A DNA stretch of 64,000 nt, from NCBI RefSeq assembly GCF_009914755.1, contig NC_060933.1; one strand, 5' to 3'. The stretch is from the human T2T-CHM13v2.0 reference genome, Homo sapiens. Under the pieces are notes generated by a model. That model was given only the letters and a program-made list of their open reading frames with translations, did no database searches and was not told the DNA's origin. The first letter of the stretch is position 1; every line of letters begins with the position of its first letter. A program made the position numbers and the translations under genes. Positions 25,241 through 36,450 of this stretch are shown piece by piece.

Positions 25241-28200
25241 GGAAGTTTATTAAGTATTAACTCACACAATCACCAAGTCTCACAATAGGCCATCTGCTGG
25301 ATGACGAGGGAAAAGAGCCAGCCAGAGTTCCAAAACTGAAGAACTTGGAGTCCATGTTCGAGGGCAAGAAGCATCCAACATGGGAGAAAGATATAGGCTG
25401 GGAGGCGACGCCTGTCTCTTTTCACATTTTTCTGCCTGCTTATAGTATGGCTGGGTTGGCAGCTGATTGGATTGTGCCCACAAAGATTAAGGGTGGGTCT
25501 GCCTTTCCCAGCCCACTGACTCACATGTTAATCTTTTTTTGGCAACACCCTCACAGACACACCCAGGATGAATACTTTACATCCTTCAATCCAATCAAGT
25601 TGACACTCATTATTAACCATCACAAGCCCACCCCTTGTGAACTTCAACCCACACACATCTCCTGAGATCATACATAATCTTAAAATACAGACAATAGTAA
25701 GGTCATAATTACCCCTCACATAATAAACTATCCTTCCTACAACTGGAAATGCACCCATCCCCAACCCAAATACTCTTACATAAAGTAAACAACACTTAAA
25801 TGCTCATATGAGGTCAGCAAATTTATGTCACCTGATAAAGAAAAGGGAAATGAAATGAAGATATTTTCTTAGTACAAGTGCATACATGCACAAACATGTT
25901 TTTAACAAAAGAAGAAGGAAATACTCATGATAGTTCCAGTCCTCATTTCTGCAGCTGGTCAGGTGGTCGTAGCTGGTATTGATAACTACTTTCTTCCACT
26001 ATTCATTCTGTATTCCCTTTGCCTTCAGCAAGCACCTCAGCAGGTCGTGACCCGGAGAGGATCTGGACCATTTGTAGTCCTACCTGGATTGGGTATAGTT
26101 TCCCATTTACCTTAATCAGAGTGCATGATAATACCAAGAGACGCCCTAATGGATCTCCTATATTCCATTCATACGCTTCCTCACTTCCGTTGTGGAGTAG
26201 CGGACTGACTTCATCTTGATAGTCTGGGTCAATCACTGCCGCCAACACTGTAACTCCATTCTTAGCTTGTTGACTTAAAGGTAGGAGGACCCCCAAAGCG
26301 TCCAAGTGGCCATCTTAACTTCCAGTTTAATGGAATTGTTATTGTGTCTCCTGGTAGCAGCGTTCTTCCCTCTGGAGCTAAGATGACTAGTAAAGCAGAA
26401 CCTAATGTCGTGGGAACAGAAAGCAAACATTTTGCTAGTGCATCATAGTGAGTGGTTCCACTTTCACATCCACCCCTTGAATCCTGGATCTGTGAATCCT
26501 GGCTATGGGAGAAACAATACCATACATTGGGCGCTGATTCAGAGCACACATGGTCTTCTGGAGTATGGTGCCCCGGCCCGGCAAAGTATTGTAACCTAGT
26601 TGACGTTGTAATCACGACCTCAAAAGGCCGTCCCACCATTCTATCAATCCAGCTGCTTCAGGAAGATGGGGAATATGGTAAGACCAGTGAACTCCGTGAG
26701 CATGAGCCCACTGCCTCACTTCTTTACCTGTAAAGTGAGTGCTTGGTCAGAGGTAATGCTGTGTGGAATACCGTGATAGTGGATAAGGCATTCCTTGAGT
26801 CCATAAATGGTAGTCTTGGCAGAAGCATTGCATGCAGGTAGGCAAACCCATATCCTGAGTAAGTGCCTGTTCCAATGAGGACAAACCTCTCTCCTTTCCA
26901 TGGTGGAAGAGTTCCAATATAATCAACCTGCTACCGGGTAGCTGGTCGATCACCCCGGGAAATGATGCCATACAAAGAGTTCACTGTTAGTCTCTGCTGC
27001 TGCTGGCAAATTGGGCACTCAGCAGTGGCCACAGACAGTTCAGCCTTGGTGAGTGGAAGTCCACATTGCTGAATCCATGCATAGCCTCCATCCCTGCCAC
27101 CATGGCCACTATGTTCATGGGCTCATTGGACAATGACAGGGGTGTCTGAGGAAAGAGGCTGAGTGGTATCCACAGAACGGGTCATCGTATCCACTTGATT
27201 ATCAAAATCCTCCTCTGCTGAAGTCACTTGTTGGTCAACACTCACACAGGGTACAAATATCTTCAGTTTTTGACCACTCAGAGAGGTCCATCTACATACT
27301 CTTTCTCCAAGTTTCTTTGTCACCAATTTTCCAATCATGCTTCTTTCAAGTCCCTGACCATCCAGACAAACCATTGGCTACAGCCCATGAATCAGTATAT
27401 AACCGCACATCTGGAAATTTCTCCTTCCATGCAAAGTGCACAATCAGGTGCACTGCTCAATGTTCTGCCCACTGGGAAGATTGTCCTTCACCACTGTCCT
27501 TCAGGGATGTCCTAGAAAGGGGCTGCAGTGCTTCAGCTGTCCACTTTTGGGCGGTACCTGCCTATTGTGGAGAACCATCTGTGAACAAGGCCCTAGTCCT
27601 CCCTTCCTGTGTCAACTGCTCATAGGCAAGTCCCCATGAGGTCATCAGTGCAGACCGTGGGAGAGAAGGCAGGGTGGCAGGAGTAGAGACCGTGGGCATT
27701 TGAGCCACTTCCTCATGTAACTTACTTGTGCCCCCCAGGACCTGCTTGAGCCCAATCACTTATACACCATTTCCATTTGATGATGGAATGCTGCTGTGCA
27801 TGACCCACTTTATGGCTACATGAGTCAGAAAGCACCCAGTTCACGATAGACAGTTCAGGTCGCATGGTGACTTGTTGACTCATAGTCAAATGTTCAGTTT
27901 CCACAAAAGCCCAGTATAGGACAAGAGCTGTCTCACAAAAGGAGAGTAGTTAACTGGAGAAGATGACCAGGCCTTGCTGCAAAATACTAGAGGCCTCCAC
28001 CATGATTCACCTATGGAGGCCTGCCAAAGCCTCAAAGCAGCATTCCTATCTGCCATGGACACCTCAGGGGGACCCAGCCTCCCCTTCATTCAAGGGGTTC
28101 TGGGTCTGTAAACTGGCTCAAGGCTGGAAATTGATTGAGGGGCCATGAATCTCTGTTTTTATGATTCCAGTTAGTCTTTTATCTGTTTGACCTTAAGTTT

Positions 28201-28850
28201 CCTCCTTACATAAATTAAGTAGGAATGCATTAGTCTTCCTGTCAGTTTCACTTCCAGGAACACTGTGATTAGTTAGCCAATGCCAGAGCTCTACATGAGT
28301 CAGACTGTTCAGATTGCTGCTTTGTCTTTTCTGCCCATTACGGTAGCTACGCCCACCATGCCTTTGAGGGTTGAGTGCTACCACTTGGCCCCTGCCACTT
28401 CAGGATCCAATTATTCCAAATTGTATTTAACTTTTGTAACTGAGTGACTGCAGTTCTCACCATTAGATCTGACATACAGAGAAGAGCCTTTACAGGGCTC
28501 TTCAAAGATGCAGGTGCTGTCCTCACAAATCTATTTTGCAAGGTGTTTGTCAAGGTTATTAGGTACAGAGTCACTAAACTCCTTGCCTCTCACAAGCGAT
28601 GATTCATTAGTGTCAAATGAATTTGTTTTCCATAACTCTTTAAACCTTTCATGCCAAGAACTGTCAATATTCTCTACACTATTAAAAGTAGAGTCCTTAG
28701 CATTTTGGGATCTAATCATATTTAGCAGCCAAATCCAGAAACCCCAAAACCAACAAAAGAACTCCAACCTTAATATTCTGTTCCTGCAGAACCATTCCTG
28801 GTACCAAAATCCGTATTAGTGAGGGTTCTCTAGAGGGACAGAACTAATAA

Positions 28851-28852
<2 letters not shown>

Positions 28853-28918
<66 letters not shown>
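28853..28918. repeat. (CT)n(TA)n compound microsatellite inside the 5' LTR
   Basis: Read directly. Confidence 0.95.
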
Positions 28919-28920
<2 letters not shown>

Positions 28921-30250
28921 TTTATTACATATTAACTTACAGGATCACAAGGTCCCACAGTAGGCTGTCTGCAGGCATGAGGAGTGAGGAGTAAGGAGAG
29001 CCAGCTCGAGTCTCAAAACTAAATAACTTGGAGTCCGATGTTCAAGGGTAGGAAGCATCCAGCACGGGAGAGAGATGTAGGCTGGGAGGCTGGGTCAGAC
29101 TCACTTTTTCACTTTTCTCTGCCTGCTTTATATTCACAGGCAGCTGATTAAATGGTGCCCATAGATTAAGTAGGGGGTCTGCCTTCCCCAGACTACTGAC
29201 TCAAATATTAATCTCCTTTGGCAACACCCTCACAGACACACCCAGGAGCAATGCTTACATCCTTCAATGTAATCAAGTTGACAATCAGTATTAACTATCA
29301 CAGGATTACAGACCTGAGCCATCACACACAGTGTTATTGTATATTTCATACAATTTCCTGATTTTCCCATTTTATCTGTGACTTAATAAAGTTTTTCAGC
29401 TATGACCCTGAACTGGTAATACTTGAAAGCACATTCAAATGTGTTTTGCAACAATTCGTAACTGGCAAAATGTTGAGCCTTGTGGAAAGAGTCACCTTAC
29501 TTCCCCGTCAGCTGTCAATTCCCCATCATTGCTATCACTTCTGGGAGCACATTTTCCAAAACTCCTTTTCTCTCTATGGTTTCTTTAGAGTTGCTCCATG
29601 AGGTTACAATAAGTTACAACTAATTACTGTCATGAGATTGGGAAGTCAGAGTAGTGGATTCATGTACACTGACACCTGAAGTAAAACACACGCAGTTAGG
29701 TGTGGACTGGAGAATCACCTGGAGATGTGCTGCAGGCAGCTGAGAGCATCAGCACCCCCAGCCCTGGGCTTCCCAGACAGGACTGAGGATCATCACACGG
29801 TGTTCAGCACATACCACCAGGGGCAGGTGCATCCTGGCTTCTGAAGTAGCACCTGAGAATCCCCTGTGTCTAGTACCTGCTTCATGAATAACACTACATA
29901 GGCTTCGGTAAGACTGTGGCTTAGACTAATTTATTCAACTTGAATAATTTCTCCTTGAAATACTGAGAATAGCTTCTCTTTTGCTGTACAAATTCCGATT
30001 ATCCCATAACACAGACTCCTCAGCTGGACTTATCTCTCTTCTTTATTCAGTCAGGACAGGCATTGTCGCGCCTTTTCTGCTGGGGATGAGGGTGAAAGAG
30101 GCTTAGGGTTCAGAGGAACCTCCCTGGCCTCCTCTAGGAAAATCTCCCGATGACTTTCCAAACCTGACTGAGTTTGAGAACTTCCCTCAGCAGATAGAGG
30201 CACCAGAAGGAGCACTGGGGCAGCCCAGCCTCACACATCTGCTTCCTTGG

Positions 30251-30278
30251 GGTTTATGTTATGACTTGTAACACTGTG
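30251..30278 (-). promoter_or_regulatory. 12-bp-spacer recombination signal sequence (V-kappa RSS)
   Basis: Minus strand: CACAGTG (30278-30272), TTACAAGTCATA (12 nt), ACATAAACC (30259-30251). Confidence 0.93.
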
Positions 30279-30763
30279 GGAGGGGTACTGTCACTCTGTT
30301 GCAGTAATAAGTTGCAAAATCTTCAGGCTGCAGGCTGCTGATGGTGAGAGTGTAATCTGTCCCAGATCCACTGTCACTGAACCGAGAGGGAATCCCACTT
30401 TGCAGACTTGATGCAGCATAGATCAGGAGCTTAGGAGTTTTCCCTGGTTTCTGCTGATACCAATTTAAATTATTGCTAATGCCCTGACTCGCCCGGCAAG
30501 TGATGGTGACTCTGCCTCCTACAGATGCAGAGAGGGAGGATGGAGACTGGGTCATCTGGATGTCACATCTGGCACCTGAAATTAGAAATATAAAAACAAA
30601 TATTCTTGCAATTAATCACGTTATCAGAGGACTTCCCTGAAGTTCCAGACAGTACTGAGCACACTGACCGAGTATAATCCTAGTGTTCTCCTTCCTTACC
30701 TGGCAGCCAGAGCCCCAGGAGCCCTAGGAGCCCCAGGAGCTGAGTGGGGGCCCTCACGTCCGT
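30279..30763 (-). pseudogene. Immunoglobulin kappa variable subgroup 1 pseudogene (IGKV1OR orphon type)
   Basis: Leader exon 30763-30700 (ACG GAC GTG in place of ATG GAC ATG; 9-bp LLG duplication); GT-AG intron 30699-30576; V exon 30575-30279 [41 protein letters not shown]...EDFATYYC with a 1-nt loss at the second Cys (TGCAACAG vs TGTCAACAG). The specific orphon copy cannot be named by eye. Confidence 0.95.
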
Positions 30764-30804
30764 GCTGTGTCCTGACTGGGGCTGACTCCTGCACCGGGTG
30801 TGGC

Positions 30805-30891
30805 CAGCCTATAAGAAGTCTTCAGGGCAGGGGGCTGTGCTCTAGGAACAGGCAAATCAGCAGGGGATGGGGCAGGCTGAGCACAGCTGCA
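30805..30891 (-). promoter_or_regulatory. V-kappa promoter remnant: TATA-like box, mutated octamer, pentadecamer
   Basis: Minus strand: TGCAGCTGTGCTCAG (30891-30877), ATTTGCCT instead of ATTTGCAT (30857-30850), CTTATAGG (~30815-30808). Confidence 0.8.
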
Positions 30892-31862
30892 GGGCTGGCT
30901 CATCTCAGTAACTCAGCACACAGGCGCAGTATCCCCAGAGTCCCAGGTCAGACCAGGGCAGCACAGATTTACCTTGAAAGAGTACACTTCTCATTGGTGG
31001 CCATATGGTTACAGAACATATTTTTGGAGTGAATTTTCAAAATTTTAAATCAACCTAAGACTAGATTAAATAATATATTTATACTTGTATTAAGAGTGTA
31101 TAGGAAAGCATCATTTTTGGCAGAAAATTTACAATAAAGTTATAGAGTGTGGGGCTGTCAGAAATTTCAGTTAGTCTCAAAGGAATTTGATGAGTGTAAA
31201 AGTATTTAGTGCTATAATAACAATGTCTCTGTCAGTGTGAAATTGCTTCTTTTTTGAAATCAATATAAAAAGAATTTATCAGAAGCATCTTTAATAAATT
31301 CAATAGAATTTACTAACAAACTTAAGAAATTGTTCCTAGGAGTAAAAGGAAAAACAATTCTCTGAAGATGCACAAAGATGATAATGTGTCACGCATAGAT
31401 CTGCCATTATCCAGAGCTATGTGTCTCTTTAAGACCCAGGGGCTAAATGGGCTGCACCTTATTCTTGGCGTGATGATCCCCATATTCTATCCCCTTTCCT
31501 GCCTTTGGTATAATTTCTTATGGTTCTCCAGCATGGAGAGCTGACTAGTAATACCAGGTCTCATCATTTCAAAATCTCTGTTTCACTCGCGGACTATAGG
31601 AGCCAGGATTAAAATCAACTTGAATCCCTCTATCAATCTAGGCTCAAATAATCAATTGTTTCAAAGTAGGATGACAAAGGCCACATCCCCTGAGTAATGC
31701 TCTGAGCTGCGCTCCCCACCAGCCTGTTCCTGGGGTCTCAGGAGCATCTGCCCTAGAGTCTGGCTTTCTGGAGAGCAGGTGAGGGGGGAAAAGCCAGGTC
31801 AGTGAACCTCTCTCCTTAGCGAGAGCAGCTGCTGCCCAATGCATGTTCTTGCCATGCACCAG

Positions 31863-32168
31863 GGCATCATCCTGACCCAGATGCCAGCCACCCTGTCTCA
31901 CATACATTTAGAGAGAATCTCCATCTTCTGCCAAGACACTGCCCATGTAGATGAAAAAGTATTTTGCCTCCAAACATATCTTAAGCACTGATTTGAACCT
32001 CAATACTTCACATAGATGCCTTTTCCCAGGGCGTGTCGGCCTGGCTCAACAGCAGGGGAAGTGGAGCCAATTACATCAGTGTCAGTGGACTGAGAAATAC
32101 TCCAGGGAGTAGTTCTCATGCACGACTACCAGTGGCCAGAACAAGGTAGTGCAGCCTGTGCACAAACC
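31863..32168 (+). pseudogene. Highly decayed V-kappa relic
   Basis: GIILTQMPATLSHIHLERISIFCQ aligns without gaps to [24 protein letters not shown], with Cys23 in register. Further on GVSAWLNSRGSGANY resembles GIPARFSGSGSGTDF. Nonamer-like GCACAAACC near 32160-32168; leader-type donor CAG|GTGAGG at 31779. Confidence 0.62.
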
Positions 32169-33064
32169 TCCTGCTGCTTTTCCAGAGAACTGGATTTCTG
32201 AGAAATGGCTACTGAACAGGCTGCCAGGATCCATATATCCAGATTCAGAGAGATACATCTCTGGATTCAAATGCGCTTTTTCTTTGTGCATAATTTTAGC
32301 AGTCATTGTTACTACGCCTTGGGGATTCTAGTCATTATACTTCAGCTGACTCTCTATGGCCCTTTCTCCCCTTCACTACTCTGTCTGAACCTGGGGAAGC
32401 AGCTCAGGCTGCAAATGAGGCAGACCTCATGGCCTGGAATTAGCATCCCCTAGGACGGCTGTCAATCAGTGATGACAAGGGAGGTGTACACATCCCGCAC
32501 CTCCCTCACCTCTCAGATGGAATAACAGAGGCATTTTTCCTGTGTTTCTATGTGGGCTTGAGCTCTCGTCATCCTCAGAGGTGGCTCCTTCTGAGGCACC
32601 TTTCACTTTCCCTTTCCCTCCTCCCCTCCCTTGCTCACTTGCTTGTTTCCCGCGCTTTGTAAATATACTGCTTGCATGCGAATCTTTGGCATCCTTCTCA
32701 CGGAGGGGACCCAACATAATGCATTGGAAAAATCCTCATTCTTGGAGGGCATCGTTGGTTTGAATTATTGCCACTTCTCATGTTTTAATGCATAGGGAAA
32801 TTCCAAAAATTTAGGAAATCTTTAAATTCCCTTTGCCAATCTTTCTTAGATTTGATTTTAGCAGAGATTCATTTTCTCTAGGTCACAAAATCACAGAAGC
32901 CTTCCACAAATGGCTACACAACATAGAGTCCACATAGAGCAGAGACTCAGAATCTCCCAGGATTTGACATCCACACATCAGACAGTCCTAGATTCTCAGG
33001 TTTTTTCTAGGTCGATCGCCTCGTAAACCTGCCTTGTGATATTTTTATTCTACCTTAGGGGAAG

Positions 33065-33552
33065 ACCATTGTGTGGATGATGAGGGTTGTTTGTGGAATG
33101 AATAATACACCCACTAAAGACATCATTGTCCTAGTATCTGGAATCTATGATCATTACTTATGAATATGTCAAAAATAACTTGGCAGACATGGTTGAGAAT
33201 TTGGGGGTCAGGAGAGTATCCTGAATGATCTGGGTGAGACCATCATAATCACAAGGGTCCTTATAATAGGGAAGGAGGAAGGTAACAGCCAGAGAGGACC
33301 TGGGACAACGGACAGGGAAACTGGAGTGATGGAGGAAGGGGCCATGCTGCTAGGAATGTGGGAACATCAGAAAGATGGAATGCTCGATATTGGATTCTCT
33401 CTCTTGAAGCCTAGAATGAATAGAGCCCTATTACTCCTTGACTTTACTTCATTGAGACTTCTGACCTCCAGAAATGTAAGATAATACACTTGTGTTATGT
33501 GGAGCAGTAAGGTTGTGGTAATTTGTTACAGCAGCAACAGGAAACCAATGCA
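33065..33552 (+). mobile_element. MLT1-family LTR
   Basis: TCATAATCACAAGGGTCCTTATA...GACTTCTGACCTCCAGAA...TTTGTTACAGCAGCAACAGGAAACCAATGCA. Confidence 0.75.
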
Positions 33553-33854
33553 AGGGGAAGGGGTGTGTTTTACTTCCCTAGTGTATCACTGTCCTCTGTT
33601 CTCCCAAATAGTTCTGTGTTTTTGTGTTTGCTGTCAATTTCAACAAGAGACAGAAAACATTTTTCTATGAGGAGAGCTAGCACCACAATTCTTCTTATGT
33701 AGAAAGTGTCTTGAGTAATTCTCTGGGTTAGGTCTTATACAATCTTGGTATCTGAGAGCCTGGAGGTCATCCCTCACAGCACATGAGAAGAGGAAAGGGA
33801 TGCGGGTTTGCTGTTTTAACATTTGTAGGGCAAATTAGAGGTACAAGACCCATT

Positions 33855-34206
33855 CTTTTTATTATTATTATTGTTCTTTAAGTTCTAGGGTACATGTGCA
33901 CAACGTGCAGGTTTGTTACATATGTATACATGTGACATGTTGGTGTGCTGCACCCATTAACTCATCGTTTACATTAGGTGTACCTCTTAATGCTATCCCT
34001 CCCCCCTCCCCCCACCCCACGACAGGCCCTGGTGTGTGATGTTCCCCTTCCTGTATCCATGTGTTCTCATTGTTCAATTCCCACCTGTGAGTGAGAACAT
34101 GCAGTGATTGGTTTCTTTGTCCTTGCGATAGTTTGCTGAGAATGATGGTTTCCAGCTTCATCCATGTCCCTACAAAGGACATGAACTCATCCTTTTTTAT
34201 GGCTGC
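33855..34206 (-). mobile_element. L1PA 3' end fragment
   Basis: TTAAGTTCTAGGGTACATGTGCACAACGTGCAGG...GGACATGAACTCATCCTTTTTTATGGCTGCA; minus ORF MSFVGTWMKLETIILSKLSQGQ. Confidence 0.93.
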
Positions 34207-34996
34207 AAGCGAGGACTGAGTCAGAGAGATGGGGATGGCAGAGGAGACAAAATGTGGTCAGGGCCGTGTAAGATGTGACCCTGCTGCCATATCTGAAAGA
34301 AAGGCTGTTGGTGTTTGTAAAGGCTTTGGGCAAATTGTGCTTTGTAGACAAAACTGTAGAAGGGTCTGGGTTTAAGCTTAGTGTCAGCGTGATGAGGACT
34401 AGAGGTCGCAGTGAGCTTGTGTTAAGAAATCCACCCTTCACTTCTGGCTTTGTCTCTTTCCTGGTTTTATAGGTGGTGGGTTCCTCTATGGAATGAACGT
34501 GGCTCTGTGGAAGGAACATAGTTAAGGTCAGACAGACCTAGATTCCAAGTTCAGCTTCAACAACTGCTGACCAAGTGACTTTTATGCAAATCAGCCATGT
34601 GCTGTCATGAACAGTTTCCTCATGTGTGAAATGGGGCACTGAGGATGTGAAGGGGTGCCCTGAGGGTTCCGCCAGCTGATGCACCATGAAGTGTACATAC
34701 ATGTATAGACAGACACACACACATACATGAGAAGAGTATCTAGTGCCCCTTTTATGCATTCTTGAGTAACTCAGAATGTTACGTGAGCTATTAACAGTCA
34801 TATGTCATTTTCAACTAAAATTATCAATATTTATCTTATAACTAACAGATGCTTCTCTGTACACTGTAGGTTTCATGTACATTTCTTCAATCACAAAATT
34901 TTTCACCAATCTATTTACGTCTAGTATCAGAAAGTTAAGCAAGGAGATTGCAAACCAACACAACACCTTTAGTCTGGATTTTCCTGGAGCCCCATT

Positions 34997-35461
34997 TGTG
35001 TTAGTGTCCTCGGGCTACTGTAACAAGTTCTCAAAAATGTGGTAGCTTCAAACAACAGAAATGGAATCTCTCATAGTTCAGAAGTCCAGATCAGTTTCAC
35101 TGGGCTAAGATCTTGGATTCATCAGTTCTGGCTCCTTCTGAAGCTCTAGGGAGCAGTCTGATTTAGCTCTTCCAGCTTCTGGTGGCTTCTCTCTCCCGGG
35201 ATGTGGACACATCACTGCAATCTCTGTCTCCGTGTTCACACTGCCTTCTCCACTTCAGTCTATGCTAAATGTCTCTCTACCTCTTGTTTTTTTTAGGACA
35301 CTTGAGTTTGCATTTAAGTCCCAGTTGATTAATCTAAGACCATCTCCCTGTTTCAAGCTCCTTAATTTACACCTGCAAAAGCTGTTTTCCCAAATAAGAT
35401 ACATGCATAGTCTTCTTGGAATGAAACCTCACTATTTGGGGATGATACTCAGTACTACACC
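34997..35461 (-). mobile_element. MLT1-family LTR
   Basis: TGTGTTAGTGTCCTCGGGCTACTGTAACAAG...CTCCTTCTGAAGCTCTAGGG...ACACCTGCAAAAGC. Confidence 0.7.
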
Positions 35462-35593
35462 ATTACATAACCAGGTCTCAGTGTTAGTCCTGTACATACA
35501 TCACAATCTCTCTCTCTCTCTCTCTGTCCACACACCCTGGCTTCCTCCTTTTCTCAATGTCATAAATCTCTTCAATTCCTTAAGTGTATCCAG

Positions 35594-36450
35594 TGATACC
35601 TATAAACAAATAAGTATCTGAGAAAATTCTCAATCAGTTTAGAAATTTATTTGGTCAAAGTTAAAGAAATATCAGTGAAACAGCCTCAGGAGGTCTTGAG
35701 AACGTGTGTCAAACGTCGTCGGGCTACAGGTTGGTTTTACACGTTTTAGGGAGACATAAGATATCAATCAATACGTGTAAGCTGTACATTGCTTTGATAT
35801 GGAAAGGCAGGACAGCCCGAACGAGGGGGGATGTTGGGGACTTCCAGGTCATAGGTGGATTCAAAGATTTCATAGGTGGTTGAAAGAGTTTATCTAATGA
35901 CCTGTAATCAACACAAGGGAGTTTCTGGGTTTAGAAAAAGGATTTTGGAGCCAAGGTTGCATCATGCAGATGAAGCCTCCAGGTAGCAGGCTTCAGAGAG
36001 AATAGATTGTAATTGTTTCTTAGTAGACTTAAAAGGTGCCAAACTCTTAGTTAAATCTCTCTGGGTCAGGAAAGAGACTTAAAAAGGAATCTCTACAGAA
36101 TGTAGATTTTCCCCACAAGAACCAGCTTTGCAGAGGCATTTTTAAATACATTAAATAACGATATCTTGGGGAAAATACTTTGATTTCTCTTAGGACGTGG
36201 TATCTGTCACATTGGTATCTTATTGCTATAAAGAGTTTTCTTTGTCAGTCTCAAGGGTCTCTGTCTTCATATTAAAAGCTGGTCAGTTGTGCCTGAATTT
36301 TAAAGGGAAGAGGGTAAGTTAAGGCATATCCAATCATCCGTTCTGATCATGGACTGCATTGTATTTCAGGTTGATTTTGGTGTGTCCTTGGCTGAGAGGA
36401 GGAGTTCATTCAGTTGGTTAGGGAGCTTAGAGTTTCATTTTTGGTTTACA
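35594..36450 (-). mobile_element. MER4-family (ERV1) LTR
   Basis: TCTCAATCAGTTTAGAAATTTATTT...ACAGCCTCAGGAGGTCTTGAGAAC...GCAGATGAAGCCTCCAGGTAGCAGGCTTCAGAGAGAATAGA...TTTTTGGTTTACA. Confidence 0.8.

Larger units (their letters stand above)
24707..29302 (-). mobile_element. HERV-L provirus, internally deleted and multiply frameshifted, with MLT2A LTRs (3' LTR 24707-24769 + 25241-25624; 5' LTR 28812-29302)
   Basis: PBS TGGTACCAGGAATGG (28806-28792, tRNA-Leu-type); PPT AAGGGGTGGGCT (25636-25625); gag remnants 28193-28767; RT/RNase H (ALFTDGS) ~27560-28090; integrase (HGIPHSITSDQ) ~26400-27000; dUTPase (GVTVLAAVIDPDYQDEV) 26003-26400. Confidence 0.93.

Noticed and set aside
25927-28819. Dense ORF cluster suggesting an operon or coding ERV
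   Set aside because: Short frameshifted pieces of HERV-L gag/pol/dUTPase and their antisense frames; none is full length.
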